Source: a bacterium (GTDB taxonomy: Bacteria > Patescibacteriota > Dojkabacteria > SC72). From it: 64,000 nucleotides of DNA. Below the pieces are notes generated by a model. The model worked only from the letters and a program-made list of their open reading frames with translations, was not told the DNA's origin and ran no database searches. The stretch lies in NCBI GenBank assembly GCA_022840695.1, contig JALHDC010000004.1, positions 22,907 through 86,906 of the forward strand, in the 5' to 3' direction. Position 1 is the first letter of the stretch. Each line of letters starts with the position of its first letter. Both the position numbers and the translations under genes were made by a program. Positions 39,754 through 49,881 of the stretch are shown in pieces.

Positions 39754-42700
39754 ATGAAAAATATTCAAAAGCATTTTAACGGGAGGAAACTGATTGTAAT
39801 CATGTGTATTTTTACTGTACTTACATTTCTTCCGATAGTAATATACCTATATCTTTCTAAAACCATACAGAGTGTAGCATATACTACATTAGACAATTTT
39901 AATAACACAGTTTATTTAGATATTGCTAATTCCACTAATTATTCCATTTCAAATGGATCTGTAAAAGTAGAACAAATCGCATATGGATATGGTACAGGAG
40001 CTGATGGCGCATGTACTGTGTCAGCAAATAAGGAAATAAATACGGGTAGTTGTGTTGGTAGAGCAAATGGAGATGCTGTAAATTTTAGGGTTACGGCCAA
40101 TGTTGCAGCTGGGAGTAATTCTGTTACATTAAGTTCTGCTCCTACAGGGTTAGCCATTGGAGACGAGATATTAATAATTAATCTACAAGGAACAGCAGCA
40201 GATTATGGAAATGTAGGGAAATATGATACGGCATATATTACTGGGATTAATGGTAATACTCTGGCCTTAGATAGTAATCTTGTTAATGGATATGATGGAA
40301 CAACACAGAAAATTATGGTTCAGAGGATACCACAATATACTGATGTAACTATAAATGCAGGTGTTAACTGGTATCCTTCTGCTTGGGATGGAACAAAGGG
40401 AGGAGTAATGATGTTTAAAGCAAATGGTACAGTTACAGTCAACGGTACTATTACGGTAGCAGGCAGAGGATATAGAGGAGGAGCAGCAGATATAGCAGGA
40501 GGTGCTGGTGAGACATTTGGTGGATATAATAGTGGAACAGGTGGAGATTATAATTTATATGGAGGTGTAAGTGATAGAGGAGAAGCTGGAAATATGGGGG
40601 GTGGAGGAGGCGGTGGCGGAAATTATCAGCATGCAAGTGGTGGGAATTCTGTTGGTGGTGCAGGTTCAGCAACAGGTGGTGCAGGAGGAGGAGGTGGTGG
40701 TGGATCAGGACTTGATTTTAGAAGATCTAGAGGAGGAGGTGGTGGAGGTGGAGGATATGGTACTGCTGCAACCGCAGGGGGTGGTTATCAAGCAGGTACT
40801 TCTGGAGGTACTAATGTGAGTGGTAATGGTGGAAGTGGAAGAGGAAGTAGTAATACAGGAACAGGAGGAGGTGGTGGTGGAGGTGGGACATATGGTGTTG
40901 CTGATTTAAGCAAAGTATATTTTGGTTCAGGAGGAGGTGGAGCAGGTACAGGAGGTCCTAGGAGAGGAGGAGCTGGAGGAATTGGGGGTGGTATTGTTAT
41001 AATATCAGCAAATTCGTTAACTGTAGAACCAACAGCTGGAGTAATTACAGCTGGAGGTTATGCCGGCAGTAATGCTGCATATTATGGACAATGGGCTTGT
41101 GCTGCTGAAGGATCTGGAGGAGGAGGTGGTGGTGCAGCTGGTGGATCTATTAAACTAATTACAAACTCAACCACTGCTGGAACTAATAGAATAAATAGTG
41201 ATGGTGGGAATGGTGGATTAGGAATATGTCATAATGGTGGTAATGGAGGTTCAGGAAGGGTAAGGATTCAATATGTATCATCTTTATCAGGAACAACTAG
41301 ACCTGCTGCAAGTACATTACAAGCTCCTTTATATAAAGATAGTATGATTTTACAATCGCTTGATTTAGTTCATATTGATAGTAATGCTGCAGTTCTTTCT
41401 TTTGCATATTCACTCTCTTCTAGCCCAGCAGGGACATCTAGTTCTGTTCAGTTTAGTACTGATGCGCTTACATGGTACAATTCTTCTGGGAATTTGGGAG
41501 GATCAGATTCTCTTTCTGTTGGTGTAGACAATATAATAGATCTTACAGCATTAGAATGGTTAACTCCTACCTTCTTCTACAAGATTACAACTAATACTAA
41601 TGGAGCAAGTACACCTGTTTTAGATAGCGTCTCTTTGAACTATGATATAACACCATCTGTACCAACGATCGGTGAACCAGAGGCCTTATCTACAGATACA
41701 ATAAGATGGAATTTCACAGATAACGCAACTAATGAAGAAGGTTTTATCTTAGTCGATGAGGAAGGAACCCTTATAAAATACTGCCTAGGAGAAAATCTTA
41801 CATACTGTGATGAAACAGGTTTGCAAGAGAACACTCAATACACAAGAGGAGTTAAAGCATATAATGCTCTCGGAGAGAGTGTATCTTCTGAAACAGCAAC
41901 GGTTTATACCCTCGTTTCAGTTCCTTCCATATTTCCTGGAGGTAGTAAAACAGCTTCCTCATTAACACTTTCTGCTTTAGGTCAAGTCAATAATTCTGAA
42001 ATATATTTTGACTGTGAAAATACAGGCTGTGATACTGGTATAAATGAATGGATATCAACAAGTACGGATGAAGTTACTAATCTTGATTTTAATACTCCAT
42101 ACACATTTAAAGTAAAAGGAAGGAATGGAGATAGTATCGAAACTCCATATTCTGAAAGTATCACGGTATATACATTAGCAGAAGTCCCTTCCATTTCCTT
42201 AACACCACTTTCATCTACATCCGTTACTCTAACAGCGGAAGGTATCAATAATGTTAATGAAGGTAACTCTGGTGTATTCTTTGAATGCGAAGAAGAGGAT
42301 TGTAGTGAAGGAATAACGGAATGGGTACAATCAGAAAGTACAACTGTAACAAACTTAGATCCCAATAGACTATATTTCTTTAGAGTAAAAGCTAGGAATT
42401 TTGATGGAGTAGAAAGTACATTCAGTGAATATATGGGAACATACACAAAGTCCAGTATTCCTAATATTCCAACAGTAGTTTCTCAGACAACAAATAGCAT
42501 AACTATCGCTCTCTCATCTGATAATAATCCAGAAGGTACACAGTATGCCATTATGGAAGAGAAAAGTGGAAAATATGTTGATATATCAACAGGTAGTTTG
42601 GTGGATGATCTAGTATGGGGGACATATACTCAATTCGGATCTGCGAATGGTAAAGAGGTAGTAGGTTTAGAAGTAGGTACAGAATATATATTTAAAGCAA

Positions 42701-45228
42701 AATCTAGAAATGAGGATGATATAGAAAGTGACTTCTCACAATCGGTTACTACCGCAACAAAATTAAATACTCCAACACTTCTCTCGGCTCTTACAACTAC
42801 CACAAACTCATTTACTTGGAGAGTAACAGATGAGAATGCCTCTAAAGTAGGATACAGAATATATGATAGTAACAACAATCTACTTCTAACCTGTTCTGTA
42901 AATACAATGAATCAATGTATAGAAGGAGGTCTTTCTTCTAATACTGAATACTCGAGAAAAGTTAAAGTATACAGTAATATTTCCGAAAGTGACTACTCCA
43001 ACACATTCCTCTTCTCTACATATTCTGAACCCTCAAATATCTCCTCACTGACTGCAGTAGGACCAACATCATTGAGATTAACGATATCTGGAAGTAGTAG
43101 AGATAATTTGCAAATAATGGAAAACAAAAGCAATCGATATTACAGCAATGACTTGAAGGTTCTTACAAGTACATCATCTATGATTCCATTTGCCTCTACT
43201 ATAGATATTGATGGCCTACTCCCAAATACACAGTATGAGTTTAAGATTAGAAGCTTAAATAGAAGGAATATTGCAACAGCATGGTCATCAAACCAATCCA
43301 CATATACATTGGCTCAAAGACCTGCCATGGTTAGAGTAAATGCTGTATCAAGCAATAGTGCTAGAGTATATATTAATTCCTTGGACAATCCTGCGGATAC
43401 AGAACTATTAATTAGAGAAAATAATACTGGTAACTATATAGATTTCAATACTGGAAGGATATCTACTCAGGAAGTATGGGGAACATTCGCGAATTTTGGT
43501 TCGACCAATGGAATTCTCCTTTCTGGATTAGAAGTAGGAACACAGTATGGATTTTCTGTAAAAGCTAGAAACAAGCTATTAGCTCAAACTGATTGGAGTG
43601 ATCCAATATTCATAGGAACGGGAGCAATTTTACAAAATGTTGATGCTAATTTAAGAGCTACATTAACAAATCAGGAAGTAGATTTGACTTCAAGAAGCAA
43701 TGCTCAATTTGGAGAAAAGATTGTTAGAGTAAAGAAAGGAGATATTCTGGTAGCAGATGTCCCTGTCCTATTTAACCAAGATCGTGATTGGGCCAATGCA
43801 GTTATACTAAGTTCCTCAACTGAAAGAAAAAGTGTGGTTAAGCTTGGACAATCTCATGGTGTCTCTAAACCATATACTATGTATGTAAACAGAGATGATA
43901 CAAATGGTTTTCTCATCTGTCCTGCAGTTTCAAAATTGGAAGATGTAAAAGAAAATTGTTTAGGTGGTGTAAGATTTACAGGAAATTTTCCTCAAACAAG
44001 AAGTGTAGAGGGAGTAAATGTAACTGTTTCTCAGACAGTTATAGGTGGAATTAATTATTGGATAGCTGATGGTCTAACAGGAACGGGTGGTTTAGGTTTC
44101 TATTTCGAAGAGCCTGTAAAAGAGACTCCTGTTAAAGAAGAAGTGAAAGAAGAGGGAAAGAATGAAACTTCTGCTGAAGGAAAGAAAGAAACCACTTTAC
44201 AAAAAATAGTGACTGTTTTAAGTGAAGGATACACTGTATTACAGAATGCAAAAAATAGTGCACTGGGTATTTTAGATAATACAGTGGTTAAGGATCTAAA
44301 AGAAAATGAGTTACAAACTGTTTCTACAACAGCTAATGTTGTTACTGTAACAGTAGGGACAACTGCACTGCTTGGAGGTTTAACACAATTAGGCTATGTA
44401 ATAGTACAATTCTTTGCTGTTGTATTAAGCTCCTTTGGTTTTAGAAAGAAAAGAGTTAATTACGGTTTTGTATATGATTCAAATACTAAGGAGCCTGTTC
44501 ATATGGCCTTAGTAAGAATATACAATACTAGAAAAAGATTGATGGATACTGCTGTTACAGATGTTAATGGAAGATTCTCTGCAAGTTTAAATAAAGGTAA
44601 GTATACAATTGAAGTATCTAAGTCTGGTTATGAGTTTCCTAGTGTATATGTAAAAGGTTCTCAAGACTATCCTTTACAAAATGTGTATACAGGAGCTTTA
44701 GAAATCCTTTCTGAAGATGCCGAGGTTCAGGTTGCAGTCCCTATAGATCCTAAAGAGATATTAGGAGCTATGATGTTCTTCTACAGAACAAAAAATGTGT
44801 TGCTTAAAATCCTTTCTGTTGCCAATATCTTCATATTCTTAATTGGTGTTGTTATTTCCTTCTACACATACTTCACTCATGAAAATGTCACAAATTTAAT
44901 GCTTTTGCTTCTTTACATAATTCCATTTGTAATATTGGTTAGATCTTTTGTTAACAAGAAGGGACAGTATGGAAAAGTAGTTGATGAAAATGGTAAATCT
45001 TTGTCTGGAATATCTGTGATAATAAGGGAAAAGGAATTTGATAAGGTGATTGCTAAGAGAGTAACAAATTCAAAAGGTAAGTATAGATTTATATTAGATA
45101 AAGGTAAGTATGAATTGGATATAGATGAAAAAGGTTATGAATTGATAGATATAAAGAGGGGTAGCTTAATAGATGTCAGAAGAGATAACTATGTTTTAAC
45201 AAAGAGAATTAAGGTGAAGAAGAGCTAA
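39754..45228 (+). CDS. giant (1824-aa) surface protein: signal anchor, Gly-rich low-complexity region, ~7 fibronectin type-III-like repeats, and a C-terminal CarbopepD_reg/TM anchor module shared with ORF 2..1543
   Basis: Repeated FN3-like segments ending in '...Y.F.VKARN..G.ES..S' motifs. (GGN)n-encoded Gly tracts. C-terminal ~330 aa paralogous to the C-terminus of the first ORF. Confidence 0.7.
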   Translation: MKNIQKHFNGRKLIVIMCIFTVLTFLPIVIYLYLSKTIQSVAYTTLDNFNNTVYLDIANSTNYSISNGSVKVEQIAYGYGTGADGACTVSANKEINTGSCVGRANGDAVNFRVTANVAAGSNSVTLSSAPTGLAIGDEILIINLQGTAADYGNVGKYDTAYITGINGNTLALDSNLVNGYDGTTQKIMVQRIPQYTDVTINAGVNWYPSAWDGTKGGVMMFKANGTVTVNGTITVAGRGYRGGAADIAGGAGETFGGYNSGTGGDYNLYGGVSDRGEAGNMGGGGGGGGNYQHASGGNSVGGAGSATGGAGGGGGGGSGLDFRRSRGGGGGGGGYGTAATAGGGYQAGTSGGTNVSGNGGSGRGSSNTGTGGGGGGGGTYGVADLSKVYFGSGGGGAGTGGPRRGGAGGIGGGIVIISANSLTVEPTAGVITAGGYAGSNAAYYGQWACAAEGSGGGGGGAAGGSIKLITNSTTAGTNRINSDGGNGGLGICHNGGNGGSGRVRIQYVSSLSGTTRPAASTLQAPLYKDSMILQSLDLVHIDSNAAVLSFAYSLSSSPAGTSSSVQFSTDALTWYNSSGNLGGSDSLSVGVDNIIDLTALEWLTPTFFYKITTNTNGASTPVLDSVSLNYDITPSVPTIGEPEALSTDTIRWNFTDNATNEEGFILVDEEGTLIKYCLGENLTYCDETGLQENTQYTRGVKAYNALGESVSSETATVYTLVSVPSIFPGGSKTASSLTLSALGQVNNSEIYFDCENTGCDTGINEWISTSTDEVTNLDFNTPYTFKVKGRNGDSIETPYSESITVYTLAEVPSISLTPLSSTSVTLTAEGINNVNEGNSGVFFECEEEDCSEGITEWVQSESTTVTNLDPNRLYFFRVKARNFDGVESTFSEYMGTYTKSSIPNIPTVVSQTTNSITIALSSDNNPEGTQYAIMEEKSGKYVDISTGSLVDDLVWGTYTQFGSANGKEVVGLEVGTEYIFKAKSRNEDDIESDFSQSVTTATKLNTPTLLSALTTTTNSFTWRVTDENASKVGYRIYDSNNNLLLTCSVNTMNQCIEGGLSSNTEYSRKVKVYSNISESDYSNTFLFSTYSEPSNISSLTAVGPTSLRLTISGSSRDNLQIMENKSNRYYSNDLKVLTSTSSMIPFASTIDIDGLLPNTQYEFKIRSLNRRNIATAWSSNQSTYTLAQRPAMVRVNAVSSNSARVYINSLDNPADTELLIRENNTGNYIDFNTGRISTQEVWGTFANFGSTNGILLSGLEVGTQYGFSVKARNKLLAQTDWSDPIFIGTGAILQNVDANLRATLTNQEVDLTSRSNAQFGEKIVRVKKGDILVADVPVLFNQDRDWANAVILSSSTERKSVVKLGQSHGVSKPYTMYVNRDDTNGFLICPAVSKLEDVKENCLGGVRFTGNFPQTRSVEGVNVTVSQTVIGGINYWIADGLTGTGGLGFYFEEPVKETPVKEEVKEEGKNETSAEGKKETTLQKIVTVLSEGYTVLQNAKNSALGILDNTVVKDLKENELQTVSTTANVVTVTVGTTALLGGLTQLGYVIVQFFAVVLSSFGFRKKRVNYGFVYDSNTKEPVHMALVRIYNTRKRLMDTAVTDVNGRFSASLNKGKYTIEVSKSGYEFPSVYVKGSQDYPLQNVYTGALEILSEDAEVQVAVPIDPKEILGAMMFFYRTKNVLLKILSVANIFIFLIGVVISFYTYFTHENVTNLMLLLLYIIPFVILVRSFVNKKGQYGKVVDENGKSLSGISVIIREKEFDKVIAKRVTNSKGKYRFILDKGKYELDIDEKGYELIDIKRGSLIDVRRDNYVLTKRIKVKKS
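40540..41225 (+). repeat. Gly-rich low-complexity coding repeats ((GGN)n) inside the giant gene
   Basis: Runs of ggtggaggaggtggt... They generate mirrored antisense pseudo-ORFs (40451..40672, 40571..40819). Confidence 0.6.
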
Positions 45229-45245
45229 ATTTAGTATATAAACAT

Positions 45246-45536
45246 ATGACAATAGGGAGAATGATTTTTGTATTAGGGGGTTGTCTGGTACTAGGTTTAA
45301 TATCTGGTATCGTTACTAGGAATCTTCTTGTAGCTATAGCATTCCCATTTCTTTTAGTAATATTCATATTAATGTGGGTTAATCTTCGAAAGGAGATCAA
45401 GGATGATAAAGAAGATAATGATCAAGAGAATATTGCTAAAACTGGAGTAAATGATATTAATAGAGAGACTCAGCAGAGTAGTGAGGGATATACTCCCCCT
45501 CCAGTCTCTACTAACTATCCAAGTAAGCCATATTAA
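45246..45536 (+). CDS. small membrane protein
   Basis: Two TM helices, hydrophilic tail. Confidence 0.4.
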   Translation: MTIGRMIFVLGGCLVLGLISGIVTRNLLVAIAFPFLLVIFILMWVNLRKEIKDDKEDNDQENIAKTGVNDINRETQQSSEGYTPPPVSTNYPSKPY

Positions 45537-45558
45537 TAGTGGTATAATTGTGAATCAA

Positions 45559-45632
45559 TGGACGATTAGCTCAGCTGGTTAGAGCACTACATTCACATTG
45601 TAGGGGTCGTTGGTTCGAATCCATCATCGTCC
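45559..45632 (+). tRNA. tRNA-Val (anticodon CAC)
   Basis: GGACGAT/ATCGTCC acceptor, anticodon loop TTCACAT, T-loop TTCGAAT (one T·T mismatch in the T-stem). Confidence 0.75.
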
Positions 45633-45634
45633 AA

Positions 45635-46126
45635 TTAACCTTTTAACTCACTAGTACAGTAAGGACACCTCTTAGCATCTTGATGTATATCAGATTTACA
45701 ATATGGACACTTCTTTGTACTATCCTGCTTCTTCTCTTCTTCCTTCCTGTTAAATTTGCTCAAAAGCTTTCCACTTTGATATACAAGTAGAAAAAGAATA
45801 AAGGCAGTTATTAAAAAAGTTATAAACTCATTAATAAAATTTCCATACTGTATTACAACAGCACCTGCTTCCTTTGCAGCATTCAAAGAATCATACTTAG
45901 TAGTAGTACCAAATACAAAATACAAACTTGTAAAATCTATACCTGATGTAATATGAGCTATTGGAGGGGTTAATATATCATTAACTAATGAATTAATAAC
46001 ATCCCTCAATGCAGCACCCAACATAATACCAACTGCAGCACCTAAAGTAGCTTCCTTTAATGCAAAATTCTTAAACTCATCAGAAAGTTTCTTGACTCTC
46101 TTCTCCAATCTTCTTTTCTCCACCAT
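45635..46126 (-). CDS. mscL: large-conductance mechanosensitive channel MscL with a C-terminal CPYC...CPYC zinc-ribbon extension
   Basis: 'GAAVGIMLGAALRDVINSLVNDILTPPI' MscL TM1 signature. Extra tail 'KKCPYCKSDIHQDAKRCPYCTSEL'. Confidence 0.75.
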   Translation of the reverse strand: MVEKRRLEKRVKKLSDEFKNFALKEATLGAAVGIMLGAALRDVINSLVNDILTPPIAHITSGIDFTSLYFVFGTTTKYDSLNAAKEAGAVVIQYGNFINEFITFLITAFILFLLVYQSGKLLSKFNRKEEEKKQDSTKKCPYCKSDIHQDAKRCPYCTSELKG

Positions 46127-47336
46127 TCTTTAATTTACTTAATTTAAATAACAGATATATCACTGTGAATAAAAATAGTGATCCAAAAACAATAACTTGA
46201 TTTTGCATAACCATATCTAAAGAATCATTCCTCTTAATGAAAAGAACTATTTGCAATACGGTTATAAATAGAAGAATGTATAAATATTTAAAATAACTTT
46301 TAGATATAAAAAAGTTTGTAGTCATATATACAAATGCAAAACCTGCCATACATAAACCAAAAATACCTATATACCTATTTATTCCGTTATACTGAGATCC
46401 AACAGTAATATCTACAACATGTCCGTTAAAGATGAAGAATAAAGTGGACAAGAATATTCCAATGAAAAGAGATAATCCTAAGGATAGGAGTAAACTCTTC
46501 TTCTGACTATTCTCATTCTTCTCATTTGTTAGTCTAGCAAACATAACGGAAGCTGTCGTGATCGATGCAAAGTATACCAATTTCCCAAGCAAAGATATTG
46601 CTGCATACTCCGCCCTGAATATTGGATTAACCAATATTAAATCAACAGTATATGGTGCTGTTAGAAGTAGGAAACAGGTTGTGATGAGTAATAACTCTTT
46701 AAAGTTTCTCTTTACCTCCTCACTCTTTCTAGAATCAAATTTAATTAATGGTAGTAATATCAATGTGGATAGCATTCCTGGAACAGAAGAAGCAAGTATT
46801 AAAAGAGGTAATGATCCTCCATATTTAATAGCTACTATACCCACTAAAAATCTAAGTACTGTTTCAATCAGAAGTACAATATTAACCTCTATAACCTTCT
46901 CTATACCCAAAAGTAATCCTTTCCCTACAGGACTTACAAAAGCAAAAAGTAGTGTTAATGATAGATATATGACTGTTTCTTTTGGTATAGAAGCTATATC
47001 TACAACTAAGTCTTTAAGAATAAAGAAAATCAAAGAAAGAAATATTCCAATTATGAAAAAAATTAACAATGATCTCCATTTATATCTCTCTAAATCCTTC
47101 TCTTTGTTTAAGGCTACATCCTTTGTAATAGTGGCTTGTATCGCTACAGCTGGGATCTGCAATATATATATAATTCCTAGTACAGAGCTGTAGAATCCAA
47201 ATATCTCTACAGTTGTATATCTTGCTACAAAAATATTGAAAAGATAGTTTAGTATACCGATGAATCCCCCTAATACGGTTGTTAAGAACAGATGTCTAAC
47301 AAAAAGGATCTCTTTTTCTGATAGTTTCCTAATCAT
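46080..47336 (-). CDS. polysaccharide-biosynthesis / oligosaccharide flippase (Wzx/MurJ-like MOP superfamily) membrane protein
   Basis: ~12 TM helices. 418 aa. Confidence 0.5.
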   Translation of the reverse strand: MIRKLSEKEILFVRHLFLTTVLGGFIGILNYLFNIFVARYTTVEIFGFYSSVLGIIYILQIPAVAIQATITKDVALNKEKDLERYKWRSLLIFFIIGIFLSLIFFILKDLVVDIASIPKETVIYLSLTLLFAFVSPVGKGLLLGIEKVIEVNIVLLIETVLRFLVGIVAIKYGGSLPLLILASSVPGMLSTLILLPLIKFDSRKSEEVKRNFKELLLITTCFLLLTAPYTVDLILVNPIFRAEYAAISLLGKLVYFASITTASVMFARLTNEKNENSQKKSLLLSLGLSLFIGIFLSTLFFIFNGHVVDITVGSQYNGINRYIGIFGLCMAGFAFVYMTTNFFISKSYFKYLYILLFITVLQIVLFIKRNDSLDMVMQNQVIVFGSLFLFTVIYLLFKLSKLKNGGEKKIGEESQETF

Positions 47337-47366
47337 ATTTAGTCTATAATAGCATACGATAACTTT

Positions 47367-48506
47367 ATGTATTTTAACATGATGATTGATGTAATAATAG
47401 CATTAATAGGGGGCATACTACTTGGTATTGGACTCTTCTATATACTCAAAAGAGGACAAGGAGTAAATGGGGATGATGTGAAGGATAGTATAGAGGAAAA
47501 GTTAGAGGAGATAGTGCCAAAAGCATTGATGGAAGCTAATGAATATTTGGTTAGGACAGCTAGAGAATCTTTAGCATCAGAAAGTAAGCAGAATAAGATA
47601 GATTTTGAAAATAAAAGAGAGGAAATATCTAGAATGGTAAAAGGTTTGGAGGAGTATTTAAAAACTGCAGAAAAAGAAAGGATAGATTCATTTTCTAGTT
47701 TAAAAACTTCTGTAGAGGAGAGTAGGAAGATTACAGAACAACTTTCTGTTAGTACAGAAAGTTTGAAGAAGGTTCTTTCAAATAATCAACTAAGAGGACA
47801 ATTTGGAGAACAGGTAGCAGATGATCTTTTAAAAATGGCTGGTTTTGTAAGGGGTGAGGATTATGAATTTAATAAAGAACAGGCCGGTTCTGAAACAAGA
47901 CCTGATTTTGCAATATTTCTACCAGATAGAACTAGAATAAATGTAGATTCAAAATTCCCATATGCCAACTTACAGAGAATGTCGGAAGCTGAAGATAAGG
48001 AAAGCAAAGAAAAATATATGAAATTGTTTGAGAAAGATGTTAGAGAGAAGATTAAGCAGGTTACATCTAGAGATTATATTAGTCCAGAGGACAAAACTGT
48101 TGATTTTGTAATACTGTTTATTCCTAATGAAATGATATTTTCATATATATACGACAAGATGCCTGAACTTTCACAGGAGGCTATGGCAAGCAAGGTGGTA
48201 TTAGCAGGCCCTTTTAGTTTTACAGCTATGCTAAGAATGATTAAACAATCGTATGAGAACTTTAGAGTTCAGAAGAATATATATAATATCATTGGTCATG
48301 TAAAAGCATTTGAAAAGGAGTTTGATACCTTCTCTGGAGAATTTTATAAAATAGGGGATAGGATAGGGTCATTACAGAAGCAGTATGAATCTGTAAGCAG
48401 TACTAGATTTAATCAATTAGTAAGGAGAATAGATAAGGTAAAACAGGAGGGAATAGGGGATGGAGAAGAGAAGGAGCAGAAGATATTGATTGATGTGGTA
48501 CCTTAG
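47367..48506 (+). CDS. rmuC: DNA recombination protein RmuC
   Basis: N-terminal TM, coiled coil, C-terminal 'DFVILFIPNEMIFSYIY...VVLAGPFSFTAMLRMI'. Confidence 0.75.
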   Translation: MYFNMMIDVIIALIGGILLGIGLFYILKRGQGVNGDDVKDSIEEKLEEIVPKALMEANEYLVRTARESLASESKQNKIDFENKREEISRMVKGLEEYLKTAEKERIDSFSSLKTSVEESRKITEQLSVSTESLKKVLSNNQLRGQFGEQVADDLLKMAGFVRGEDYEFNKEQAGSETRPDFAIFLPDRTRINVDSKFPYANLQRMSEAEDKESKEKYMKLFEKDVREKIKQVTSRDYISPEDKTVDFVILFIPNEMIFSYIYDKMPELSQEAMASKVVLAGPFSFTAMLRMIKQSYENFRVQKNIYNIIGHVKAFEKEFDTFSGEFYKIGDRIGSLQKQYESVSSTRFNQLVRRIDKVKQEGIGDGEEKEQKILIDVVP

Positions 48507-48528
48507 AGGGGGACAATATTATTTGACA

Positions 48529-49188
48529 CTACTTTATTAATTCTCCGTTTTTTAGGATTAGAACTTCTCCTAGAATCTCTATTTTTCCATCATCAACAAA
48601 TATTCCATTGTTGTCTTCACATAAGTAAATAGTTCTTTCCTCATTAATCTTTGAGTAGTCAATAAATTTTTCAATAAGATGTCTTTTTACTTGAAGATGA
48701 GGTAAGAATTCGAAATCCACTAAGCCCATACCTTGTAAATCCTCATCCTTGTATACCTCTTCTGTGTAGACCACCCTCTTTATTTCAAAATGTGGAGTCA
48801 TAACATAACTTCCTGCACTAATGCCAACCAAGATACCTCCTTTATCCAAAAACTGCTTGAGTGTTTTCTTGAAATCTCGTTTTTTAATATTTTTTGCAAA
48901 CTCAATGGTATCTCCACCTGAAAGATGAATCAAGTCACATGATAGAAGCTTCTCGATATCTCGTTCGTTATACTCCTCACCTAAATCAAAATATTGATAA
49001 TTTTTTACCCCATATTTCTTATACCAATCTTTTGTTCTATTAAAATATTTTCTAGTGGGATCTGAAACAGAAGGTATGTAGCCTATCCTTGCTAATTTAG
49101 GATTTAACAAAGAGAAGATCTTTTTATCTACAGGATTATTGAATGTGGTATGGTCACTGTGGAAAAATAATTTCATCAGATATATCAA
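48529..49188 (-). CDS. peptidase S51 family protein (second paralogue)
   Basis: 'LIHLSGGDTIEF...LVGISAGSYVM'. Confidence 0.6.
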   Translation of the reverse strand: MIYLMKLFFHSDHTTFNNPVDKKIFSLLNPKLARIGYIPSVSDPTRKYFNRTKDWYKKYGVKNYQYFDLGEEYNERDIEKLLSCDLIHLSGGDTIEFAKNIKKRDFKKTLKQFLDKGGILVGISAGSYVMTPHFEIKRVVYTEEVYKDEDLQGMGLVDFEFLPHLQVKRHLIEKFIDYSKINEERTIYLCEDNNGIFVDDGKIEILGEVLILKNGELIK

Positions 49189-49268
49189 ATGATTTTAATA
49201 TGAACATTATATATGAAAAACAAAAAGGGAGTACAGTGTACTCCCCTTTAATACCATTCACTAGCTAA

Positions 49269-49820
49269 TTACTCTTTCTTTCCCCAAGCAAGTATACCTA
49301 ATAGCACAATATTTGCCACAGGTACTAATGCTAACAATCCTAATAGCTTGTCATAACCTCTCTTCTCACAAATATTCATAAGAGCGATTATCGAAAGAAT
49401 TCCAACCACCAATGCTCCAATTCCAGGAATTAATACAAGTAATATTAATAATGGATTCTGATCTCCCATTCTGAATAGTAAAACAACATTAAGAATAGGA
49501 ATCCATGCATACCAAGGATTTTCTTCATTTAATCTTTTAGCTATATTCATAAGTGCTAAAGAAGAAAATATATACATACCTAAGGATAGAGTTATCCCAA
49601 TGACTAAGGCAATTCCTCCAAATACTAAACCTGCACCAAGGAGTTCTTCCAAATTTTCAGTACTATCGTAAATAGGACCCGATCCATCCCAATAAATCAA
49701 ATCATCACTACTAGTTACTTCAAAATCCTCATCTGTTTGTGCATATGAAGGTAATGCTACAAATGATAGCGACATCATTGCCAAGATGAAGCATAATCCT
49801 AAATTAATTAGTTTTCGCAT
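49269..49820 (-). CDS. hypothetical secreted multi-TM membrane protein
   Basis: Signal peptide plus 3-4 TM helices. Confidence 0.4.
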   Translation of the reverse strand: MRKLINLGLCFILAMMSLSFVALPSYAQTDEDFEVTSSDDLIYWDGSGPIYDSTENLEELLGAGLVFGGIALVIGITLSLGMYIFSSLALMNIAKRLNEENPWYAWIPILNVVLLFRMGDQNPLLILLVLIPGIGALVVGILSIIALMNICEKRGYDKLLGLLALVPVANIVLLGILAWGKKE

Positions 49821-49881
49821 AAAGTATATTTAATAAATTATATAAATATATTCTTCCATATTTGGAAATAAACCTCAATAT

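Noticed and set aside
40451-40819. Antisense and alternative-frame ORFs (73 and 82 aa; HHQQ.../EEVV... low complexity) inside the giant gene
   Set aside because: Artefacts of the (GGN)n Gly-coding repeat, which is open in several frames. No independent support.
46080-46126. 47-bp overlap between the mscL start and the flippase end as a sign of misassembly
   Set aside because: The mscL start could simply be a downstream Met. Overlaps of this size occur in compact genomes. No other sign of a problem.
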